Made by a program: the position numbers and the translations under genes. 64,000 nt of DNA, taken from assembly GCF_964204645.1 (NCBI RefSeq), contig NC_134033.1, positions 4,860,231-4,924,230 of the forward strand, in the 5' to 3' direction. This DNA comes from Tubulanus polymorphus (lineage: Eukaryota; Animalia; Nemertea). Position 1 is the first letter of the stretch. Each line of letters starts with the position of its first letter. The notes beneath the pieces were generated by a model. It did no database searches. It was given only the letters and a program-made list of their open reading frames with translations, and had not been told where the DNA came from. Below, piece by piece: positions 49,830-63,271 of the stretch.

Positions 49830-52800
49830 TCAATTTTTGGCGGCTCGACTAAAATTGAATTTCGCTCGACACATATCGAACACTCGTTTGTTGGCGATGA
49901 AAGCCAAGAAAACCAGAAAACCTTGAGACGAATTCAACAAATTGAAGAAATACCAGAGATAATCGTTATTTACGAACGACGCTACGAACCCGACCACCCA
50001 CGTGACCCCGGTCACTAAAGCCATCCGATAGAAAATAAATGTGGTCGTCCTCTTCTGTTTGGCGTTAGATGAAGAAGTGGACATCGCGGTAAATGACCGG
50101 TGAATGCGGCAAACTGTAGCTACGAATAGAATTATACTGACCAGATCGATAATACCGATCGGTAGAACGAACGCCATCAATAGGGAGAAACTGGAACTAA
50201 ACCAACAAGTAACGGGGCTTCCGTAAACCGCACCGGAGTACTGAGTGGTATCTGTGTTGTGTAGGACGATACAGGGTCCGACAATGAGGAATGGAGAAAG
50301 CCAAACTGATAGTAGATAGTACAGTAACGTCTTAGTAGAATCGACCGGTTTACGAATAGTGGAAAATGTAAGGAACATGTGAATAGAAACAGCGGCCATA
50401 GACGCGAAAACAACCATCCAAATATAGTGTTTAACAGCGGCCATCGACACGCATAGTAATCGATTATCAACGCCGACCAGGCTGGAAATATGAAGAGTTT
50501 GAGCCACGGCGAGAGTTGTACAGAGATTGACGATGAGTTTACCGGGAAGAGTTCGCAGATCGGGAATATTCAAGTAGATTACGACCGTTATCACGAGACT
50601 GACGACGGACAGACAGCTACAGGTGAAGGTAATCAGGAAATCGCGATCGGAAAATAACGAACTGACCGTTATTTTGAATTTTGAATTGTTTTGTCGTCTG
50701 CAAACCATGGCTCCTGTATCAGAATACACTCGCACGCAGTCGATGATTTTAGTGGAACATTTACTCGATTTTACTATTCTCGTTTTTCCGTCGTCGCTGG
50801 TGATTCGAGAAATTCTGTAATATTTGAAAGACGGGTTGGACTGGGCTAGAAACGAGTTACTTCCGGTTTGGGTCATATTATTGTCTACGTCTGCCTCTGT
50901 ATCGATGACGTCACAGCGAGTATTCTTAGTCAAACTCGTAGTCGACAACTCGTAACCGGAAATGGTCACCAGACTGCCATCATTACCGAATTGACACGTG
51001 ATCATCGCCTCATATTTGCTCAAGATTGATTCCATAGTGACGTCACCGAGAAACTCTTCGTGATTGGTAAGCGTGAAGTCGCGTCTGTACAATGACGATT
51101 CATTGCTTAAAGATGATAAACTTCCTATTTCTGTTATCTTTGATTTATGGACATCGCCGCAGACTTTCACTTTGAAATACATCAATTCATACCCGAAGTT
51201 TTTCATAACAAATCGCTGAGTTTCGTTAAACGTAATAAAGAAAGAGAAATACACGCGTACGGATATTCTAGGCCATTCGTTCTCAACAAGCCGACAGACG
51301 GCGTTGTCTTCGACGGTATCAAGTCGACGGTATCCACGTAAACAGCCGTATCCGCGACATCTACGCGTTTCCTGGTCAAATATTTCATTCGTTTCCGAGC
51401 AGAGAAAGTCTTTCGGCGCCCACGTGATGACGGGCATTCCCGCAGTTCGAAATTCTACGCCGTTCGCGAGACTGAAATCGAGTAAGATGTTCAAACCGAA
51501 TGTTTTTTGGCCGGTTAGATCATAGGTACAAACTAAGGTCGATTCGTTTAAAACGCTGTCACTCAGTTCACATTTCATGCAGTAATAATTACGGTATGTT
51601 TTCACCCGTCCACCGACTACAGCTGATATCGGGTTAAAAACCCGTCTGCATTTAGACCTTAAGTCTTGATCTGCTGACTCGTTGCAGTGTGACGTCACGG
51701 GTAGGTTACTGCGCATGCACGGCTGTAAAACCATGCGAACTTGCCTGTGATGCGCGTAAGATAAACGACAATCTTCGGGCAGTCGAACCTTTGCGGTATC
51801 GTCGCTTAAAGACGCGTTGTGCACGCTCGTGATGACGTCATCGATTCGTGTGGTGTTAGTGCACTGCAGGACGAGACTAGCCGGTTTGTATCGAGTGTCG
51901 TTGAACCCGTGACACATCGCGCAATACATATTCTTAAAGGGAAGCCAGTCGTCGATGTAGACGGGAATTGTCGTAGCTAGATTACTGGACGGCGATTCGC
52001 AATAGAGACGCACGTCTGAATTCAAGTCGAAATCACTCGGGCACCGACTGATCGCTATAAAACCCTTTGACTGATACGTCTCGATTCCGATTCCGTATAT
52101 ACAGTCGGTCCATTGAATTTGTTGTATCGTTTTGTTTCGTCTCAATTCGTCCGTGTCGCTTCTTATGACGCACTTTCCAATCAGGTCACAACAGTTGTTG
52201 AACAGTCCGCAAGTACATAAATTAGCCAAACAACCCGTGACTGGACAAACTCGAACCAAATCCCCATCTTCATCTATTTGCTCTGATGCCACCTTGTAAT
52301 CTCCGATCAATTGGTTGTTATTTATGTCGCCTCTTCCGGGAATTTTTCGACCAGGCATCCCACGTGTGATACCCGTTATCCCAGATTCGGGATTCGACAT
52401 TCCAGATTTAGGAATACGTTGAGACGCGATGAAACGATCTGAAATAATCGGGCTATAGTTACCTTTCATATAACATATAAACATATAACGAACTCCAGTT
52501 TTCTCCCTGCCAACAACCCTCGTCAATAAATGATCCTAAACTGTACTTCAAACGCAATTTATGCACAGATAAAGTCCAATATGACGCCATTCAGCGCCAT
52601 CAAATTTTGGGTAAATTTGCAAAATCGAAATAAAAATTCGATGAAATTACAATTTCTTGTAACCGCGTGCTCCCAAATGACGACATGTTGAATGGCATGA
52701 ACCGCACGTAATAATCAGGCTACTTTAGTTACTAGGATTGTTTTCCATTTTTCTCTTCAACTTCACTTAATTTTTCAACATGACAAAAAATTCCTCCCTA

Positions 52801-53996
52801 AAAAGTTTCAATCTAAGGATTTGCAGCCCTAGCTTCAAAGTTAGGTTCCTTGATTTCAAGTCAATTCAACAACATATTTACTGCTCTATATTTTTCAATT
52901 TTTGAAAAAAAAAATTATGTATTATTCATATTTTTCCCTGTTTCATTTCTTTCCAGTTAAAACGCCTCTAATAAACAATCTTTTTGGAAACTATTTTCCC
53001 GTCTTCCCTCCTCATTTATAAACCTTCCAATGTGCGTTAAAGAATATTTATTCCAGTTATCAAAAAGGTTTAAACGAATCCGAAATTGACCATACGTCTT
53101 TTCTTTATCGACGGTTTAAAAGAGTTTGTACTTGTATTAGCATGAGAGAATACAATATATAAATCTTTGGATGATTAACATTTCCCTGTAAGATACAAAA
53201 TGATTATTGAATTAAGACCAGCCGACAGGCCATTCCTATAATTTACACAATGAGAAATGACCAATTTGAAATTTTAGAACGGATCTAATTTGATCTTCGT
53301 TAAAATATGTGTGAACGCTTGGTCCGTTCTATTTGGAAACGGAATAAATCTCCAAACGAACGTTCTGTATCCAGTTCCAGAGTTCTCAAATTAATTCGTC
53401 TCATAAGACAATGAGCTGATTTTAACTCTAAGTTAACTGTATCTCACAACTTTGGACATGTGCTCTGAATAGTTAAGTGTGAAAAGCTGCTAAATATAGT
53501 TATTTCTTCCACGTAAATATATTTAAAAAAAAAAACATTTGTTATCATTTTGTTCTGATGTTTCGGCAGGATATTACTTCCACCCATATTCAGAGAATTC
53601 TTCAAAAGTGAGATTGTGGGTGAAATAACTACAATCCAGACTGAAAATAGACTCGAATATCTACAACCATGATAACCACGCTGCAAGTATCGAGGCTTTT
53701 ATAAAAATGTACAAAGAGCAAGAGACTTAGAGAGAAAGAACAAGAGATTGCCAAGAGAGCAAAAAATGTGTTTTCCATTATTCTTGTTTCTCCCAAAATT
53801 TATTTTCAAGGGTGCGTTGCCTTTGGCCTTTGCTTGACCGTAGTAAAAATACCGTCTCAATTTTTGTTCTGTTTGTAAATATTCTTAACGTACTTTCTTA
53901 TGAAATGAATTGAAATTAACGAATAGTTTAATTCAACTTACCGGTGCAGACGATCAGAAGAAGAAGAAATCGACTTACGAAGGATTGGCGCGACAT
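49830..53996 (-). CDS. Intact SMB/Cys-rich Methuselah/adhesion-type GPCR, ~887 aa; exon 1 53942-53996, exon 2 49830-52438
   Basis: Signal exon MSRQSFVSRFLLLLIVCT then G|GTAAGT, spliced in phase 1 to tttcag|AT (2664 nt); SMB-like CPVTGC..CTC...CCD, two (F/Y)(K/R)NxYCxxC modules, secretin-family 7TM; no GPS motif seen. Confidence 0.9.
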
Positions 53997-54214
53997 CTCA
54001 ACCGATGCACAGAAAAGACTCGACTGCGAATCGTAAATGAAATTGAGCTGAACGATTCTCAACTTAGATTTATCCTGTTCGGATGAAACAAGAAGCCGAA
54101 TGCGTGAATCAAAAACGGTTGGAAGTTTCAATGGACGTGTGTGATTTTAATTACCTTTTATACACAAACGTTGAAATGGGCTCAATACTCATCTATATGA
54201 ACATTCATGACAGG

Positions 54215-54388
54215 TGTAACATTAATTCGGATATAATTTCACAAGATTCAATAGTAAGAGCTGATCACGCAGGGCGAAACCTCATGAATATTTGTAGGGG
54301 TTGTGATTTACTAATACTAAATGGCAGATCTCACGACGACAAAAATTGTGGCAAATACACTTTTCGCCAGCCGAAAGGTAAATCGTTA
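54215..54388 (+). mobile_element. LINE AP-endonuclease fragment
   Basis: GRNLMNICRGCDLLILNGRSHDDKNCGKYTF resembles the C-terminal part of LINE endonucleases. Confidence 0.7.
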
Positions 54389-57300
54389 TGACGCAACGCT
54401 GGACTTCAATAGATCACCGATCATCATCTAAGACTCTTTGCGCACCGGAGAATGTCAGAAATTGTAAATAGGCTTAAATTACAGTACTATATACTATTAT
54501 ATTACAGGTACCAAATCAACCAAAATTGTTCAAATTCAAAACCATTCAAATGTCAAAATAATCCTCTCTTTCATAATTGTTGTATATAAGCTCCGAATAA
54601 ATATTCTCAGTCAGTCAGTATACAGAACCCAGGTCTTGTTACGTCAGTCGTTCACTAACAGGCTGGCCGTTCTATCTTTACTGATCAACTCGTCTCCGAA
54701 TCCGCTTCTTTATACAATACTAAATATCGATATGAAATCTAATCGTGAACGCAATAAACGAGGACTAGGATTGACGACATCCAGTAAATAAACAATATAA
54801 CGCTGCATCTATATTCACGTAGTCACGTTCGAATCCGATCCGTTGAAACCGTTTCCTTTTTCCAAAACGTTACGATTCAAATTTCTCGAATCGATTAATG
54901 TTCTTACGAGATAAAGAATAATTCAAGCAATGCGTATTTTAAAGTAATCATCTCAAGTCGATTTAATCGATTTCTAAAAATCCGGTTTAGTTACTGTTTA
55001 TTCAACTCACGAAAAATACCAGACCACCTGATATCTCTACTTTTAGTGGTTTTTCACATAAATTGAAAATAATTTGACATTAGAAATAGTAGTTTAATTG
55101 GAAATGAACCAGAAATTCTTCTATTTTTTAAAGAATAGTGTGATAAATTTCTGGAGTTGTTGGGAATAGAAACTACTCTCAAATAGGAGTTGGAGTCCAG
55201 TTTGAAAATAGGGGAAAATGAGCTTTTCGACTTCGAAAATAGAAATTTATATGAAAATAACCTATAATTTCAATCGATTTTGAGAGGTTCTTTTTGATAT
55301 TTTTGGTGAAGCTCTTTAAATTGTAGAAACTACTTTCAAATAGTATCCGTTGTCAGATTTGCAAACCAAACTAAATCAGTTCGATCATACAGATCTGAGC
55401 AAATGTATTTTTTCAGTAAACCTTAATCGTTGTGCAAAATATATGCGTCTTAGAAAGCGGTTCAATCTAAACCTACATTGACTGCTAACGCTTTATGACG
55501 GTTTCTTTTTCCTACGAAAATATTGAACAAATTTCTGTTTACTTTTTTGAAAACAGTTTTTTAATTTCAAGCGTAAACAACAACTACATAATAACTAACC
55601 ATAAATCATCGATTCTGTAATTCTAGTTTTAGTTCAGTGCAGTGCGGTTCATTAGTTCAAACGAAATTTACCAAATACATATTTCGTTGCCTATTTAGCT
55701 ACTTCTCGTCATTGTTTAGTTACGGGTTCGAACCCGGAATCCGGTGCAGATCGTGGACGGGTCTTGTTTCCCTGAACAGCAGGAAGAATGTTTATCTCAT
55801 TATCAATGAAAAGTAGGTATCCAAAAATGCATGATAGAAATAAGATATTGGTGATAGTTTGGACAGAGCCATAAAGACTGTTGAATCAGTAAGGTCAGTC
55901 GGATTCTAGCCAAATCGGTTACGGTATATTGATAAGTGGAAATTACCATTAAAAAATTGCCTTTGTTTCAAACAGACACTTACATACTAAAAGACACTGG
56001 TTCCGCCCCTGGTTGACTCGTCAGGCAGGGCATCATTATATATAAGAAACTGAGTGGTGATAAAAGTCAAATCGATTTGGAAACTCTTTGCGGAACTGGA
56101 CCGTGACTGGACGAGATATGGCGGACTGACAACTTTTTCCCGGAGACGTTTTTTTCACTTGATTGTTCAGTGTTCAACGCTCATTGTTGCTCGTTTAAAA
56201 TCCATGCTTATTATAACGATGGTAGATTACTAAAGGTACAAAACTGAGGTTCGAGCAAAGTTCATGCAGGTAAACCGTCGACCTAGGTACAACAATATTG
56301 TAGCCTCGGTCAGTGAAAACATCATAACTCGATTTTCGAATAATGTGCTTACACTGGAAGTCCATTTTGTCGATGTCTTCAATGAATGAAATAGATATTT
56401 TAAACATAAATGTACGAAGTGTATTAGCTCAATCTACGGGCTTCGCTTAATGCCCTTTGGCTCATCGCACATTTTCGGTTTTTGCCAAAGGCAACGTCCT
56501 CTTCTTACGAACTAGCGCTTTGCGATAAACCACAATCCAGTCTCAGGACAACTCAACACAGCTGCTGCGCTGTGTGGTAATCAAAAATTTGATTCTAACA
56601 ATGAGGGATCTTCCTTTTAGTGCCTTGAGGCTGGAAATTGGTGACCTTTTGTCATAATCCAGTAAAAATGTTAGTGAAACTCGTGACAGTGACCAATAAT
56701 CATAAATTAAAGCATTTCTTGATTCTGACGTTAGTTTTTTTTATTTGTTTCACAAATTATCGGGCAAACTTTTCAATATCATGTTGCCACACGTACGTAG
56801 CATACATGCTTTACAAGCAACATTTTCCAGCAAGGGAAGGGCAACAACTCTGGTCTAAAGAGAAAAACCAATAGGTTCCCGTTTGGCTGTTGCACAAGCA
56901 TTTAATTCCTCTCTTTTGAAAGTCAACTTCTGAAAAAAAAACACGAAGCGTTAAATGGAATTGAAAACAGTATGAAAAATAATTTAATCTGATTGCATGT
57001 GTGAACCCGATGATTTTCAAGAATTACCTTCATTCGCGGCGGTAATCGCTCCAATGACCATAAACAAGGCCAAGGCGATGAACAGAGTTTTAGTGAACAT
57101 ACTGAAATACGTTACAGTGTTACATAAGATAAAAAAGAGTAACAAAATCATAGTTCCTGTGATGAAATACGGGATCAGTCAAATGAGTGAACTAAAACCC
57201 CACAACTCAAGAACTGGGACCACAAACAATTATGGAAGAACTGGATCCGCAGTCAAATAGCCGATTCAACTGAAGTGGGTCAGAATCAGATAAAACTCAC

Positions 57301-60300
57301 ACTACTCGTGAAATTGGAACCGTGAACCATTTCAGTAGCGAATGATAAAACAAACCAGAAAATTAATTGGTTACAAACCGCGGAGCTGTACATACCTTGT
57401 CGTGTGAATCGAGCAAACAATATTATACAGTATAGAATGCCATTCTTATACATTTTCAAACCATTCATATTCCCCCTGACAAATCATGTGATTTATCATC
57501 ATAATTACTTGTGAACATAAAACTGCACGTAGAGCCTTGCGTCATTAAACACTCTAGAATTAGCGATCCGAAAGTGAAAATTCAAACTCCACACAGTAGC
57601 TGCCTCATGTGGTAATCTATTTTTTTACAATGGGTTATCTACCTTTTAGGGCCCTCTCAGTTTACCCCTGAATTAAGATAATACACGATTCAGACAATTA
57701 GGATCATAAATGGAGTAAACGTATTTCAAAGACTCGACATAAACCATTAGTATGGATTATATACTTCTAACCGATGTTACCGATATTTCAATGAAAAAGC
57801 AATATGTATCCGACATTAGACTGAGCAGATTATTTCGGACTAATATTATCAATCACCGTTACTTATTCAAATATCCCTAAATGAGATTTCAGAATACTAT
57901 TAATAATCCTATACAATGCATGATTTTGACCAATCATTATCCGTCGTTTAGTGATATCAGATTATGAACGGATTATATAAGATTCAACTACTCGACGTCA
58001 ACCACGGATTATATTCGATTGGCCGATCTTTTGATAGATATTATTTATGCATCCGACTAAGTAGCTGATTATTCTAGACTGATATCACAAATCATACTTT
58101 ATATAACTAATCATACTTTACATAACATATCTCACTATCCACAGGCCTATACATTGTTTGATATGAACGATTTCCACAATAGGCGACTAATCTCGAGTTG
58201 AGACATCGAACAAGACTTTCGTTTGACTGATCGTTGAACCTATATGAATTCAACTTTTTACCCTCTTCTACACCCTTACATTCTGACCCTGGATATATAT
58301 TAGAAAAATTCAAACAAGAGGACCATACGGTCCATATTTTCGAAGATATTGTTTAATTAAAATTGACTAAATAGTAGTGAATGGATGCATGAGGAGAGAT
58401 GTCAGTTTTATCAGCGAAAACTAATTCACGTTTCCAAAAAAAGAATTGATAATTAGTTCTCTAAAGACATAATAGCGTTCTAATTTTAGTTTATTTCAAT
58501 GAGAAGATATGTTTCAATAATAAAATGCGTGGCTGGCGATGTACTATACTCTGGTAATAGCGCATATGCCATACCTACCTTCCCTACAAAACATAGCGTA
58601 ATCGCCCAACCATAACCCATCCTCTTTTCGATGATGGTATAGTGCACACATATGGTGGCTGATTCGGGCCACGCCGACATTTTTCGAGAACTAAAAATCT
58701 AAAAACAAAATTGATAGCGAGAAAACAAATATTAACGCGAGAAAACAAATATAAGCGCGAGAAAACAAAATAATTTGTTTTCCTGGTACTATATTCATGG
58801 CAGTAGAGATACTATGGGTGTTGTTCGGTGAGCGGCGGGATTTTCACAAGCGACGATGTCTATATATATATGGTATTCGACCATAAAAATGAGGACAATG
58901 AGAACAATACATTTCAAAGATAACAAGAAAATTAACTTTAATAAATTATTTGACGCCTGCGAAAAAATGTAGAATTTCTGGGATAAGCTAATGTGGAATT
59001 GCAAATTTGAAATCGAAGTTTTAAGAAATTTGGGGAATTATGAGATTTGGCGATTGGGTAGATGATACAGTCTTCGACTGGTCTAATTTTTAAAAAAATT
59101 GTCAACTTGTGACCGACTTCGATTCACTTTTGCCTCTAAGCTGGTCTGCAACTTCATTGCCTCCATGGTTGAAGAAAGAGCTCTTCTGATGTCTGCTTCA
59201 TCATGACTTCGAGCATATCGTGTAGCCAGCCGGCCCGGTCCCGGGGCCCGGTTTGGCTGTCACTCGATATCCTAGACTTGAGTCTGGGTTGAAGTAGACA
59301 TTGTCATTTAAATAACTTATTCATGTTATTCTGTATGAATTACCCGTGTGTCTTGTATTTTGTATTTTCTTAGTTTAAAATTTGTAACTTTATTGAATTT
59401 GGGAATTTTATCCCGGAATTTCAATGTAATAAGGATCAATAAAGTATTGAATTGAATTATCACCTTATACACATGCCATCAGTGGACGCGGAGCCGTATA
59501 TGACAGCTATGCTATTATAAATTGCTAATCTCATGAAACCTGCATACCCCTAATATCGAACATTTTTTCCAAAACATTTGAATATTGAAATTATATGTTT
59601 ACACGTTTTTATATAGACCGCTTGTAGCCACCGATGAAATTCACGCCGGCCCTACACAGATCGTAGATAGCTTCGTCATTCCACTAGCATCCCCATGACA
59701 GGGTCTGACTTTTATATCAGACTTCCAAATCGTGTATACATCCGCCATTTAAGCGAATAATCCGATTTACTTATCATTTCTATTTATGCCTGCCGCTCCT
59801 GATATAATCATACATCATTTACTATTACAATACATCTTTTCGTGATATTCAATGCAATATAACATTCCGACGTTCAAATAGAGGTCATTATATAATCACA
59901 GGGAGCCATTCTACATCTTTATCAATAATATTTTGCCCAATAGCTTGTATGTGTACACATAAACCTGTGACGTTTTGCACATCGATTTACGGTTGTCGTT
60001 TGTAAAATGACGCTGAATGGTTAGCATTGTTAAGGTTTCATAATGGTAACGTTTTATAAGGCGTCAAAAAACTTATGATTTGGACGCAATTACTATTTTT
60101 ACATTAAATCTTTATTCAAAAGCACTTCTCTAATATTTTTGTAATCAAAAGTAATCAACCTATCAACGATATTTGCTTTTTCAGTTTGGGATGGCTTTTT
60201 TTCACCAGTTTATGCTGCATTCATCATCGATCAGAATAAAAATATATATATCGTGAAGACAAGAATCAACATTAGAACCTGGAATAACATTCAAAATGAT

Positions 60301-60483
60301 TTTCAAAATAAAAGCGAATCGTATAAAAAGTAACACAGCTACTAATCTAATGGATTAGGGCGCACTCAAAAACGTAGGAAGTTGATTTACCTCCGTAAAA
60401 CTCATAACAATATTCATCGGTTCACCCGGATGTGGATTACACGTAAACCTGATATACACGCGCCTTCTAAAGCGAGAGATGCA

Positions 60484-61432
60484 TATGGGCGACCATCCCC
60501 GCCAAACAGACGCTAAAGTCATCACGTGAAGGATAAACCCATAACGTGAAGTATAATCTAGTAACGTGAAGGATAAACTCATAACGTGAAGGATAATGTC
60601 ATGACGTGAAGGATCAACCTTAATCTAACGTGAAGGTAAAACCATAACGTGAAGTATAATGTTGTAACGTGAAGGATCAACTCATAACGTGAAGTATAAT
60701 GTCATGACGTGAAGGATCAACTCACGTCATAAAGGATAAACCTTTAATGTCACCAGATGGCGTGCCAGTCGGAAATAGACCGGCAACCAGTCTAAAATAA
60801 TTTCGGTTAAAATGCAAATTCATTTTATTCATCATACGATTCAAATTCAATCCAATTCAAAATAACTCTATACGGTTAAGAAGCGTCGTAAGTTTTACGG
60901 CGGACGAGTGGAGGTGAGAAAAAGTTTATCTCGAAAAGTTTTGTATAGTATAGTGTACTATACAATAGTACTATTGTCTATTATGTATGGGGTACTCCTG
61001 CATTACAACGGCATCATTTAATAAAGTAATTAATGATTCTCTGTTAGTGTTGTTGGCCGACATATTTCGTGCGTAATCAAAATTAAAACCGGAAATCACC
61101 GGAAATCAAAATTACCTCCACTCCACCTTAGAAAAATACGCATTTTTAACCGAAATTATTTTAGACTGGTTGCCGGTCTATTTCCGACCGGCACGCCATC
61201 TGGTGACATAATAGGTTTATCCTTGATGGCGTGAGTTGATCCTTCACGTCATGACATTATACTTCACGTTATGGGTTTATCCTTCACGTTAGATTAAGGT
61301 TGATCCTTCACGTCATGACATTATCCTTCAAGTTATGAGTTTATCCTTCACGTTTCTACATTATACTTCACGTTATGGGTTTATCCTTCACGTCATGACT
61401 TTAGCGTCTGTTGGCGGGGATGGCCGCCCATA
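60484..61432. mobile_element. Foldback-like element with ~300-bp TIRs containing ~18-20-bp ACGTGAAG tandem repeats
   Basis: 60484-~60815 is the reverse complement of ~61139-61432; GATGCA directly repeated at 60478-60483 and 61433-61438. Confidence 0.9.
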
Positions 61433-62773
61433 GATGCACTTTGGATTAGATGAACCAATAATGACACAAGGGTTTATGTACCGATATACCATATTTTGTG
61501 ATTCATATAACGAAAAATGTTTAATCGCGGGCAAAAAGTTGATGAAAATCCATTTTAGTTTATAAGGTACTTGTGAGGGTTGTTTTTATTCTAATATTGG
61601 GTACATTACATATTTGGATGCAAATTTCGTATTATATAGAAGAATATGAAACGTGGTTTCTGTTTTGTAGGTGGCGCTACTGGAAAACCTGGAACCTGTT
61701 CAATGATTACAGATGCTGAACTGATATAATAAATTGCACTCAAGTATTTAGAACACGAGAGATGTCACCTGTCATAGAAATCTAAACAATTGACTATAAT
61801 ATATTAAAGAATATATTATGAAACTAGTTTATTGATTATCAAGTTACTATTGTTTCGAATTCTAAACTCTAAATCTCAACTCTACCCCCACTCACTCCAC
61901 TAGTTATATTTATCATTACACCCACGAGCGGGTAATTACTGTCAGACTTCACGTGATCAAACAGATAAAACGTGTTCAATCACCACAACTGGATTATCAA
62001 TGATAAAAATGAAAAAAATGCATTTTTGAAATTTTGACGGTTATGGAAAGATTATTCGGCGAAATTTTCAAACCTTAAAACGATAAATAAAGAAACTTTA
62101 AGACTTGAATGTGGTTTAAAGTTATCGGCATCTGTCGCAGTCCGTTGAAACATTTTTTTCGATGATAGATTTTGATCCTGTTTAGATCTAAGTTAAATCA
62201 TGATTTTTCCACGCATTTGGTTGTTATTTTTATACGCTATCGGTGGAATAGTGTTCAAAAAAGACCCCGCCGAACAAGACCTAACCCGCCACAATCATAT
62301 ATCCATGCGTTTTACTTAGCTTCAACTCAGTTATTATATTGACTGAAGAGTGAATTGTCAAAACAGATATTTACCAAGTGTTTTACAGAGACGCAGAATA
62401 TTCAGAAGTGAAGATAGAAAATATTACCGAATATTATCAAAAACTGAACGCAGTTCGCGGGCGACAGTAAATATTTTTAGAGAAATAATTGCACATGATT
62501 ATAAACACGATATATTGAAATACATCTAAATTTAGAAACCGCGGTAATTACAGCGAAACCGAAAACAGATGAAAGTTTCACAAATACGAGACTGTGCGCC
62601 AGTTTGATGGGAGATTTTTTTTAGAAAATAATTTGACTCTGGATCAATTCGTCCACTTTTCACATTTGCGAATTCGTCATTACTCTGCAGCTACTCTTTA
62701 GAGAGATGTCGCGCAAACTTGGAAAGAGTTAGAAATGTTTTTTTTTTGTTTTGAAGCGTGAATTGTGTTCAAT

Positions 62774-63271
62774 ATGCAGCGAATGAAAGCGTTGTTCGTA
62801 GTTTTACTGATCGCTTGCGGAGACTGTATATTTACGCGGGCTGATCGCGCAAACTCTATCGAGGAAGCTACGTCTGTTACAGTCAGTTCATCTTGTAACA
62901 ACACTCAATACTCCGTCGATTCTAGGTCTGGTTACATCGTTACACCGAACTATCCGTCGTTAGTGCGCGGTGTTGAGTGTCGTTGGTTCGTCAACAGCTC
63001 TTTACCGGGAAGTTTTCTTGTTCAAGTTTACTACGACGTCGAGCCGTCGATATTCTGTAACGAAAACTACCTTCTCGTCGGTGAGTCCGACAACAAACTC
63101 TGCGCTACCGGAAGAAAACGAATAGATATCCGCAGTAACGATTTGATTTCGTTGTTGTTTTGGAGTAACGTCGATGGAGCGCGAGGTAGTCGGGTTTATA
63201 TCATATACCGTTTTGAAGAACAGAGTCGCTTGAAAATCGTACATAAATGCAACAAACGTTTATTCTTGTAA
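62774..63271 (+). CDS. Secreted single CUB-domain protein
   Basis: Signal peptide MKALFVVLLIACG; C...SGYIVTPNYP...CRW...C..NYL...LC...FWSN...G CUB signature; single exon. Confidence 0.85.
   Translation: MQRMKALFVVLLIACGDCIFTRADRANSIEEATSVTVSSSCNNTQYSVDSRSGYIVTPNYPSLVRGVECRWFVNSSLPGSFLVQVYYDVEPSIFCNENYLLVGESDNKLCATGRKRIDIRSNDLISLLFWSNVDGARGSRVYIIYRFEEQSRLKIVHKCNKRLFL

Larger units (their letters stand above)
36428..52350 (+). repeat. Segmental duplication, copy B
   Basis: Matches 1-~16200; paired ORFs in the track (343/36764, 7500/43992, 10253/46903, 13670/49830). Confidence 0.97.

Noticed and set aside
52439-52526. ORF-track N-terminus of the 898-aa GPCR (also the 16430 and 7500/43992 starts)
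   Set aside because: Non-ATG starts that read through intron sequence; spliced signal-peptide exons explain the genes better
56190-57470. Hydrophobic, coding-like patches on the minus strand
   Set aside because: Many stops in all frames and no recognisable family; possibly an old pseudogene but not supportable
59212-59275. GC-rich imperfect hairpin
   Set aside because: Too imperfect to call an ncRNA without data
60520-60740. Short periodic repeats resembling CRISPR or iterons
   Set aside because: No spacers; part of the foldback TIR mirrored at ~61215-61400; eukaryotic context
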